From the IMG/VR virus record IMGVR_UViG_3300044551_000092, positions 64,001 through 128,000 of that record: a stretch of DNA of 64,000 bases. One strand, 5' to 3'. Numbering within the stretch: position 1 is the first letter of the stretch; each line of letters starts with the position of its first letter. A program made the translations under genes and the position numbers. Under the pieces are notes generated by a model. That model ran no database searches. It saw nothing but the letters and a program-made list of their open reading frames with translations, and was not told the origin of the DNA. This DNA is from a virus (lineage: Duplodnaviria > Caudoviricetes). Of this stretch, positions 56,289-64,000 are shown piece by piece.

Positions 56289-57155
56289 ATGTTTGTTAGA
56301 CGATCAGCAATGGATATAATCGACACAGCAACGGATTATATTCTCTCTAATACATCCATTACGAATATGAATCCAGGCGGCATTGCCCGATCAATTACAG
56401 AAGCAATGGCTCCGGAATATGAATCGCTTTATGATTTTGCTCAGGACGTACTTGATCAAGGAATATTAAGTAAAGCGACATTGGATGCCACCACAAATAC
56501 GGATTACTTAGCTTTGATCGGAGGGCTTTTTAATTACCCTAGGCGGACAAAACAAGTTTTGAATGTTGATACAGGCATTACCGAAGAACAACCCATTGAT
56601 GATGATACCTATCGGTATGAAATATCTCAGCAAGTACAGGCGCAAGTCTCTTCAAATGAACAGGCCGTCAGACTTGCCGCGCTGACAGCTGACGGGGTGG
56701 CCGATATTATCATTCAAGAATACACGCATGGATCTGGGAGCTTTTCAATAATCGTTATGCCTGTTTTTGGCTTTGACGATCACGAAGTATTAAATGCAGT
56801 CATTGACAAAGTAAATGATAGCCGAGGGCTCGGGATCCGGGCGAACATTACTTTACCGGTTTATGTAGACGTTGATGTCTCACTACAACTTGTCTTCAAA
56901 GATTTACTTGCAGAAGATGAAAAGCAAAATACCATTTTTGATATTACCAGTAAAATAACAGACTATCTGGGTAACTATACAGTTGGTCAATCATTTGTCT
57001 ACAATGATTTTGTCGCAAAAGTCATGGAATCCTCAGATAATATACAAGATTTTATTGTTGTCTCTTTGAATTTCAATGATACACCTGTATTACTGATGAA
57101 TCAGACTATTAACGATGATGAACGGATTCGACCAAGAAATATCACTGTAGCATAA
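56289..57155 (+). CDS. baseplate J-like wedge protein
   Basis: ITNMNPGGIARSITEA, DDDTYRYEI, ALTADGVAD, GSGSFSI. Confidence 0.8.
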   Translation: MFVRRSAMDIIDTATDYILSNTSITNMNPGGIARSITEAMAPEYESLYDFAQDVLDQGILSKATLDATTNTDYLALIGGLFNYPRRTKQVLNVDTGITEEQPIDDDTYRYEISQQVQAQVSSNEQAVRLAALTADGVADIIIQEYTHGSGSFSIIVMPVFGFDDHEVLNAVIDKVNDSRGLGIRANITLPVYVDVDVSLQLVFKDLLAEDEKQNTIFDITSKITDYLGNYTVGQSFVYNDFVAKVMESSDNIQDFIVVSLNFNDTPVLLMNQTINDDERIRPRNITVA

Positions 57156-57168
57156 TTAAACTAGAGAG

Positions 57169-57759
57169 GTGAGTCTTGTGGGGACAAAAATTCAACTTTA
57201 TGATTTAGAAACACTCATTCAAAATTTGATTAATGACCTGAAAACTTTTCAGGGTAACCATGAAACCCTTCTTAAACGATTGCAAGATATATCTATTAAT
57301 GATTTAGATGATTCTATAAAAGAAATTTTACAAGACCTGTTGCAAGGCAAGGCAGATTCTAATCAATTAACCATTGCCCGCATAAATGAACTTGAAACAC
57401 AGATTAGCGATATTTTAGATAATCTCAGTCAAATTCAATCCTCTTTAGGTGACAATAACAATCAGAATATTCATTACGAATATGATGAAAATGATAATGT
57501 TGTTAAAGAAATTACAACAGGCGATAATGCCTATACGACTGAATATTTCTATTCTGGTGAAAATCAAGACATTCTTAATCACTCGATAAAGACGATTATT
57601 CTCAAAAATGGTGATACATTAACGGTTACAGAGCAATATCAATATGCTGGAGACAATATAACATCGATCGTGCGAATAGCTAAACTGACACCAAAAGAAC
57701 CAGAAACGCCAATAGTTGAGTCAGCATATTCAAAAGAAGTGGCTGTTGCAGTTGCCTAA
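57169..57759 (+). CDS. coiled-coil protein with YD-like beta repeats (fibre adaptor)
   Basis: Heptad N-half; YEYDENDNVVKE and YQYAGDNITS; start uncertain by a few codons. Confidence 0.55.
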   Translation: MSLVGTKIQLYDLETLIQNLINDLKTFQGNHETLLKRLQDISINDLDDSIKEILQDLLQGKADSNQLTIARINELETQISDILDNLSQIQSSLGDNNNQNIHYEYDENDNVVKEITTGDNAYTTEYFYSGENQDILNHSIKTIILKNGDTLTVTEQYQYAGDNITSIVRIAKLTPKEPETPIVESAYSKEVAVAVA

Positions 57760-57782
57760 ACTAGTAGGGATGGTGATTTATC

Positions 57783-59267
57783 TTGGATATTGTATCCTTG
57801 AATAAGGCCAATCAAGCCTTAAAAAGAATAAAACATCTTGACCAGGATATTATTGGTGCCGGCGCTGAAAGCCACTTTAAATCTGTCGATGCAAGGCTTG
57901 ACTGGATTGAAAATCAAGCGCTTGTTCAGTCCGCCGCTAACACATTAAACATCGATTTATCCAAGGGAACATTTAATAATACAGAATTAATTAATAATAA
58001 ACTACAATTAAAAAAAATCGGTGAAACACAAGCAGGTTATACAGAAAATGTCATACCCGCAAAATTATCTTTTGATGATCTGAGTAAATATCCATGGAAA
58101 ATAACAGGAACAGGTTTTCTAAAGTTTAGATCTCCGGACCGTATGTTTGATCATGGAGCTTCAGCTTTTGCAGGAGGGACTAATGGACCTGGTTCAGGTT
58201 ATATTTTATTTGATACTGGAGAAGGATATGAAACTCAAATCACAAAAATAAGATTGACATCTGCTGGATATGGATTTCCTCAGAACTGGAAAATTGATAC
58301 ATCTGATGAAAATAATTTTTCTGGGGAAGAAAAAACAGTTTATCAAAACACGGATGAAAGTTATAAGAATAAAGGACAAATATTAGAAGTCAATCTTTCT
58401 ACAGATCGACCATATCGTTATTATAAAATGACTTATAAAAGCACGTATGGTGATTATGCTCCTATAGGCCAGCCTGGTAATCACTTATCACTTTATGAAT
58501 TGGAAGCAATGGCGCCGAAAACGGTTACCATATATGCCTCACAGGGAAGTTACGAAACTGAAAAGATTGATTTTGGGATTGGCTATATTAAAACTGATTT
58601 AATCAATATTGTTCAGCAATTACCTTCTAGTGATGCTAAAGTAGAAACCTATATAGCCGATTCAGCGGATGGAGAAAACTTTAGTGATTATGTTTTGCTT
58701 GATCTTGAAAACCTGCCACAAAACAGGTACATCAAAATAAAGTTATCTTTGTCTGCACTAGCTCTTTCTGAAGATCCAACTTCTGCTACAGAAACGCCCA
58801 CTGTATCTTCTGTTACAATCGATATTATTGAGCAATCGCTAGAAGGTCGGCTAAAAAATTTGGAACTCTCTAATGCAATTAATCTAGCCAAACTAAATTT
58901 TAGAACCAGCGCTTATGCTTTAACTGATAAGTATCAGTTGGAAGAGATGGTTATTGATACATTTGAACAAAGCGGATCAGTAGATCCGGCAACCACCGCG
59001 TCATATGATGAGACAAACAAGCAGTATATTGGTGCGGGGGATATGCTGACTGTGACCGATACGCTTGCCTATCCTCCGACCGGTTTCCTGATTGTGGCGG
59101 ATAGTGATAAGGCAACCTTTCAATATTCACTAGATAATGGGGCAACGTGGGTGGACGCGCCAACCAATCAATTTATTAATATCACTACAACCAATACGCA
59201 ATTAAAAATAAAAGCAACGATTGAAGAAGGCGGGGCTCTTAGGGCTCTAGCTTACTCATGGATCTGA
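57783..59267 (+). CDS. tail fibre/receptor-binding protein 1 (discoidin-like domain)
   Basis: MDIVS N-terminus; FPQNWKI..PYRYYK..ELE F5/8C-like; C-terminal ALAYSWI. Confidence 0.65.
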   Translation: MDIVSLNKANQALKRIKHLDQDIIGAGAESHFKSVDARLDWIENQALVQSAANTLNIDLSKGTFNNTELINNKLQLKKIGETQAGYTENVIPAKLSFDDLSKYPWKITGTGFLKFRSPDRMFDHGASAFAGGTNGPGSGYILFDTGEGYETQITKIRLTSAGYGFPQNWKIDTSDENNFSGEEKTVYQNTDESYKNKGQILEVNLSTDRPYRYYKMTYKSTYGDYAPIGQPGNHLSLYELEAMAPKTVTIYASQGSYETEKIDFGIGYIKTDLINIVQQLPSSDAKVETYIADSADGENFSDYVLLDLENLPQNRYIKIKLSLSALALSEDPTSATETPTVSSVTIDIIEQSLEGRLKNLELSNAINLAKLNFRTSAYALTDKYQLEEMVIDTFEQSGSVDPATTASYDETNKQYIGAGDMLTVTDTLAYPPTGFLIVADSDKATFQYSLDNGATWVDAPTNQFINITTTNTQLKIKATIEEGGALRALAYSWI

Positions 59268-59278
59268 GGTGATAACGC

Positions 59279-60784
59279 ATGGATATAATCAGTTATCAAG
59301 CGGCTAAAAAGGCCAAAAAAGCCGCACAAAAACTGAATGATCGGATTGGTCTTGGCGCGGCAGCGAACGGTGATCCGGCAAATTACGTCGATGGGACGGC
59401 CAAAACCGTTAAAGAACGTCTGGAGAATTTAGATTCCAAGGCTCTTCCTGAATCTTTTAATAAACAAGTTTCTAAACTTGAAGAAAACACAATGATTAAT
59501 TTAAATAAGACCAATCTGAAGATGGAAGCTCTTTTATCTAAAGATCGGTTCAAGTTAGAAAATCTCGTGTTCGATAATTTTAAAGATGAAACTGGCATTG
59601 ATAAGGATCAATCCAATAATTATACGTTTGATCAATCAGCCGATAAAGTAAAGCAAACGAGTCCGACGATCCCTGCAGAAATTGTAACTATTGCTGAAGA
59701 AACAGAAGAGACACCTCAAAAAATTACCGTTTCCCAATCCAGTAAAGAACAAATAAATGAAGAAATGCATGTTGATTTGTCTAAGGGAAACCTTATTCAT
59801 GCTGAATTAGTTGATGGCACCGTACGGCTTGCTATTGAAGATGAAGAAAACCAGCACTATTTTGAATCCGGCAGCTATGAATCAACGGTAATTGACCTAA
59901 GCGAAAACTTCAAAAAGTTTACAAAATTGAATGCCGCAATTTTCTACCGTTCAATTTCCGGAACAAATACCATACCAGCAATGACCAGCAATATCGCGCC
60001 CGGCGGAGAAGCAGAAGCGAGTAGTATTTATAATTCGAATCATCAACCGTGGAAGGCGTTTAACCATACGACCAATGTAAATGATGTTAATGATGCATGG
60101 GTTCCCGCACCCAATGATACATCCCCTTGGATTAGCTATGATTTTGGAAATGCAAGAACTATTCGGGCTTATCTAATTACGATAAGGACGTACAGTACAG
60201 ATGGTAATCTTGGACCTACCAGTTGGATGTTTGAAGGATCCAACGATGGAGAAAATTGGACTACTATTGATTCTCATTTTAATCAACCTCAATGGACAAC
60301 CGGTGAAAAAAGAGGATGGATTTTATCTAATCCACAGTCGTTTAGATATTATCGTTTAAATATAACAGATACTGCAAGTCAAATCATTTCAATCGGCGAA
60401 CTTGAAATGCTTACTGATGTCTATACAAAAAAAGAAGAAATCTACACTGCCACATCAACGGACAATCAAACTTTTACCGATTATGAACCCTTAAACTCAG
60501 ATGACACAATTGCTTCTCCGGATGGTCGATATATTAAAGTCAAAATTGTCTTGCCGGCAGCGGCTGGGCTTAAAGAACAACCTGTTTATGATTTTTCAGC
60601 TAACGATGAATCTGTGAAATTTCAGGAAAACAACTACATTGATTTTACTAACTCACTTAAATTAAAGACGAATTATATAGAAAACATGATAATCGATGAT
60701 TCATACACAGAGGAAGGTACAATATTTAAAACAACAATAGATAAAACTAAATTTCAGTCCATAGACAAGATTGAGGTGTGGTAA
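59279..60784 (+). CDS. tail fibre/receptor-binding protein 2 (F5/8 type C domain)
   Basis: MDIISY N-terminus; IPAMTSN..WKAF..WISYDFG..PTSWMFEGSNDGENW..FRYYRLNI. Confidence 0.7.
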   Translation: MDIISYQAAKKAKKAAQKLNDRIGLGAAANGDPANYVDGTAKTVKERLENLDSKALPESFNKQVSKLEENTMINLNKTNLKMEALLSKDRFKLENLVFDNFKDETGIDKDQSNNYTFDQSADKVKQTSPTIPAEIVTIAEETEETPQKITVSQSSKEQINEEMHVDLSKGNLIHAELVDGTVRLAIEDEENQHYFESGSYESTVIDLSENFKKFTKLNAAIFYRSISGTNTIPAMTSNIAPGGEAEASSIYNSNHQPWKAFNHTTNVNDVNDAWVPAPNDTSPWISYDFGNARTIRAYLITIRTYSTDGNLGPTSWMFEGSNDGENWTTIDSHFNQPQWTTGEKRGWILSNPQSFRYYRLNITDTASQIISIGELEMLTDVYTKKEEIYTATSTDNQTFTDYEPLNSDDTIASPDGRYIKVKIVLPAAAGLKEQPVYDFSANDESVKFQENNYIDFTNSLKLKTNYIENMIIDDSYTEEGTIFKTTIDKTKFQSIDKIEVW

Positions 60785-63529
60785 ATGCAATATTATCTAA
60801 TAGTAACTTATGGGAGCGGAACACTATCGAGTGATAAATTGACAGCAACTACATCTGGAAATATGAAGGTTTCTCCAAATGAAGAAATTAAAGGAGATAA
60901 ATTTTACTATGAAATTAAGCTTAATATGAAATATTGTAATATTGAATCTCCAGCAGGTTTAATAAAAGAAGCTTTATATAATTCAACAGCACTTATTGGC
61001 GTTGAAGTCGATAATATAAATCATACACGAAGAATATTTATGGATGGTAATATATATAGAACACAGACTAATATTCCATCTAATAAGATGAACATTGAAA
61101 TATATGGTGGAGGTACAGTAACTTATAATTTTGGGAACCTGCCTTTTGAATATCAATCACCTAATCAATTTCCTGCTGCTATTTTCGCGCTTAGTAAATA
61201 TCTTTTTAGAGACATTGGAGATATAAAATCTTATAACAAAAAAATTAGTACAAAATCAATTGATTTTACGGGCAATAATTCTGGTGCGATGGTTAACTCC
61301 CCCAGCAGTGAATTAACAATCACTGGGGATGTTACACTACAAATTAAAACAAAAATTAGAGATTTATCTAATAATCCAATTTTAATAGCTTCTGGTAATG
61401 ATGGGGAAGCCAATGCAGCAAATGTTACATATCAAATTACTGTTAGTAAAAACGGAACAATTAATTATAAGCACGAATATAATAATGGACAAGATGAAGT
61501 TATAAGTACAGATAATTCTTATTTACCATTAAATGAATGGGTAGATATAGCCATTACAAGAAATACTGAGGATAAAATTATAACTTTTTATATTAATGGT
61601 GTTAAAAAAGAACAAAAAAGTTTTTCAAATTCACCAAACGGTGGCACTGATAATAAACTATCAATGGGTAGCTGGATTAATTCAATGTATTTTCTTAATG
61701 GTCAATTGGATGAAATAAAAATTTGGAATCGTATCTTGACTGATGAAGAAATTAAATTTTATTACAAACATTCTGTTGATCCAACATCAGATGGTCTAGT
61801 TGGTTATTGGCCCATTGAAGAATTAGATGGAACTATACTTAGTGATCTTAGCCCATATAAAAACAATGCAACAATAACAAATGGTTCTTTTTCAGATGAT
61901 ACAGACCTATTATTTGTTAGCTGGAAAACTATAGGCCCTGCACCAGCAACAAAAGCTATGTTTGATTCAGATGGTATGACGAACCTATCCAATATTGATA
62001 ATGAAGCCATTCAACAATTAGAGTCAGATCAGCCGGAACTCCTTTGCTGGACTGATGAAAATGTGCCACAATTAGAAAACACTATTCCTATCATGACTTC
62101 TGATACTTGCCCTAAAGGGACAGTTATTGATGGGGGGACATATAACGTCAGTGGTGAGACAAAAGTCAATCGTTGGGATGCTTTCAATGGTCAACCAAGT
62201 GGTTGGGGGTCTCCCTATAATACAAAAAGTGGCTGGATCGGGTTTCATTTCAGTACAGCAAAGGTGATTAGACAATACACAATACAGGCTGATGAAGTTT
62301 CATCTGTAAGTTTTGCACCAAAAGACTGGACTTTTGAAGGGTCAAATGATGGAGAAAACTGGACAATCCTTGATACGCAATCAAATGTAACTTCTTGGGA
62401 AAACCTAGAAAAGAAAACCTTTGAGATCAACAACACGAATACATTTTGTCAATACCGAATAAACATTACAGCAAATAATGGTGCTGATCACATTATTATC
62501 GGTGAAATTGAAATGTTTGGCTATGAACCCCGCCATGCAATATTGGCAGCTATTCCTAATCCCCAATTAGTCTTGCCGAAAGAAGACATAGAAATAAAGA
62601 ATTTTGAGAATATCAAAATAGATTCCATTTCACCTATTAATCTTTGCGTTGGTGGAGAACCCATAGCGAGTCGTTATGATACAAAGAATGGTAAACATAT
62701 TCCTGAAAGTGCTTTTGACAATGATGCATCTACGGCGTGGGATAGTGGTCAATATGGCAGCGCTGATGATTGGATTGGTTATGACTTTGGCGCGAGCCAC
62801 CCATTAGTTAGAAAAATAGTTCTTACACAAATGGATGCCGGCCATGCAGTAAGTGGGGTGACTGTACAAAGATCAACGGATAATATAAATTGGATTGATA
62901 TTATTACTGTTAGTTTAAGTCAAGACAGTTCTATACAAGAAATAAAACTCCCAAATACTGAATCAGCACAATATTGGAGAATTAAATCAACTTCAGGTCC
63001 ATCTCATGGTGGTTGGGGTTGGGAGATTTCAGAACTAAAAATGTTTGGTTGTTCAAATGAAGATATTAAAATAGTCCTTAGTGCTGATGAGGGAATGACA
63101 TGGATGGGCAAAACATCAGTAGATATTTCTGATTTGTCTTCTGTTAAATCGAACGGATGGTCCCCTGATGAATTACAAACCATTAGTCCTGATCAAATAT
63201 TAGATATAGTACCGAACAGAAAAGTTCGCTTTGCTTTCTATTTAGAACAAGAAAAATTAGAAAACATTACAGCACTAACATCTTTAAAAATCAATAATAG
63301 AGAATATATTTTCACTCCAACGTTGACGAATCTATCGATATTATTTCAGCTTTTAAAATCAAAACATCCAACTTATTTTGTTTCTCGCGATGACGGTGTG
63401 ACATGGAAAGAAATTGAACCCGACAAGCTTGTTGACTTCACTGATCAACCAGAGGGTAATAAACTTCGCATTAAAGCTCGATTGGAAGATGGACAAGAAA
63501 TCTACGCACTGACTTATTCTTGGATATAA
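60785..63529 (+). CDS. multi-lectin fibre protein (SPRY-like, LamG and two F5/8C domains)
   Basis: KFYYEI..TYNFG; NEWVDIAIT..FYING..GQLDEIKIWNRILT; PKDWTFEGSNDG; AFDND..WIGYDFG; C-terminal ALTYSWI. Confidence 0.72.
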   Translation: MQYYLIVTYGSGTLSSDKLTATTSGNMKVSPNEEIKGDKFYYEIKLNMKYCNIESPAGLIKEALYNSTALIGVEVDNINHTRRIFMDGNIYRTQTNIPSNKMNIEIYGGGTVTYNFGNLPFEYQSPNQFPAAIFALSKYLFRDIGDIKSYNKKISTKSIDFTGNNSGAMVNSPSSELTITGDVTLQIKTKIRDLSNNPILIASGNDGEANAANVTYQITVSKNGTINYKHEYNNGQDEVISTDNSYLPLNEWVDIAITRNTEDKIITFYINGVKKEQKSFSNSPNGGTDNKLSMGSWINSMYFLNGQLDEIKIWNRILTDEEIKFYYKHSVDPTSDGLVGYWPIEELDGTILSDLSPYKNNATITNGSFSDDTDLLFVSWKTIGPAPATKAMFDSDGMTNLSNIDNEAIQQLESDQPELLCWTDENVPQLENTIPIMTSDTCPKGTVIDGGTYNVSGETKVNRWDAFNGQPSGWGSPYNTKSGWIGFHFSTAKVIRQYTIQADEVSSVSFAPKDWTFEGSNDGENWTILDTQSNVTSWENLEKKTFEINNTNTFCQYRINITANNGADHIIIGEIEMFGYEPRHAILAAIPNPQLVLPKEDIEIKNFENIKIDSISPINLCVGGEPIASRYDTKNGKHIPESAFDNDASTAWDSGQYGSADDWIGYDFGASHPLVRKIVLTQMDAGHAVSGVTVQRSTDNINWIDIITVSLSQDSSIQEIKLPNTESAQYWRIKSTSGPSHGGWGWEISELKMFGCSNEDIKIVLSADEGMTWMGKTSVDISDLSSVKSNGWSPDELQTISPDQILDIVPNRKVRFAFYLEQEKLENITALTSLKINNREYIFTPTLTNLSILFQLLKSKHPTYFVSRDDGVTWKEIEPDKLVDFTDQPEGNKLRIKARLEDGQEIYALTYSWI

Positions 63530-63541
63530 GAGGTGACCTAT

Positions 63542-64000
63542 ATGGACCCAATCAGCTATGGTGTTGCAAATCAAGCACTAAAACAACTTAGTAACATTGA
63601 ACATGCTTTAGGTGAAGATGTTCAAGGGAATTATGAATCTATTAAAGCGCGAATTGATGCACTGGAAATTGCCATGCAGACTGTAGTTAAAGAAGCTGAT
63701 AAGCTCATCATCCAAGATGCCATTAATATTATGAAAGCTAATGCCAAATTCAATGTGGCCGTAAAAGCTAAACGTTATCAAATGCAGAACATGCTTTTTG
63801 ATGATCTTTTGGATGACAGTGGTCTCGACAAAGTCAAAAGTAAAAACTATGTACTTGATACAGAAGTCGGGACAATCACAGCTAGTGATGATTGTCTAGT
63901 TGAAACAGGAAAATTGGAGCTTCCCGCGACACCAGCTAAACTCATTTTGGTTGTTGATCAGACATCAATAAATACTTATTATGCTTCACGAGATGGTGGA
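63542..64000 (+). CDS. tail fibre paralogue 3 (runs off the window)
   Basis: RBS gaggtg, ATG at 63542; MDPISYGVANQALKQL..INIMKANAK..QMQNMLFDD matches the 57783 and 59279 proteins. Confidence 0.7.
   Translation, partial: MDPISYGVANQALKQLSNIEHALGEDVQGNYESIKARIDALEIAMQTVVKEADKLIIQDAINIMKANAKFNVAVKAKRYQMQNMLFDDLLDDSGLDKVKSKNYVLDTEVGTITASDDCLVETGKLELPATPAKLILVVDQTSINTYYASRDGG

Noticed and set aside
60220-62390. Diversity-generating retroelement TR/VR pair (repeated FEGSNDGENW coding)
   Set aside because: Differences are mostly synonymous and not adenine-specific; no reverse transcriptase in the window
4901-63574. Numerous short minus-strand and alternate-frame ORFs in the track
   Set aside because: They lie within or across long + strand genes and show no recognisable motifs; treated as shadows
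1-64000. CRISPR array, integrase, transposase or rRNA
   Set aside because: No regularly spaced repeats or recognisable motifs seen

Overview
This window comes from a large contractile-tailed (myovirus-type) phage of a low-GC Gram-positive (Bacillota) host, judged from strong AGGAGG/GAGGTG ribosome-binding sites. Every credible gene is on the + strand. 1-2735 is an RNA island: seven intact CCA-less tRNAs (Leu, Asn, Asp, Gln, Pro, Thr, Tyr), a 5'-truncated tRNA-Ser, a ~500-nt ROOL-like large ncRNA, two D-armless tRNA mimics and hairpins with anti-Shine-Dalgarno-like loops. 2.8-4.2 kb is a ParM/ParR-like partition operon, suggesting a plasmid-like prophage. The rest is the virion module: five small Gly/Ala-rich membrane proteins, a large terminase split by a 388-nt group I intron, a portal-MuF fusion, protease/scaffold, capsid, neck, two sheath and three tube paralogues, PhoH, duplicated tail chaperones, three giant (>2000 aa) proteins, baseplate and a family of modular tail-fibre proteins. 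The most striking element is the 2316-aa ORF at 41570-48520 in the tail module. It carries an intact N-terminal DEDDh 3'-5' exonuclease motif set, then RNA polymerase beta and beta' signature motifs in one chain (ADSDGD catalytic loop), then a C-terminal hydrophobic segment. It is a candidate virion-delivered single-chain RNA polymerase-exonuclease fusion. All family calls come from motifs recognised by eye; no searches were run.
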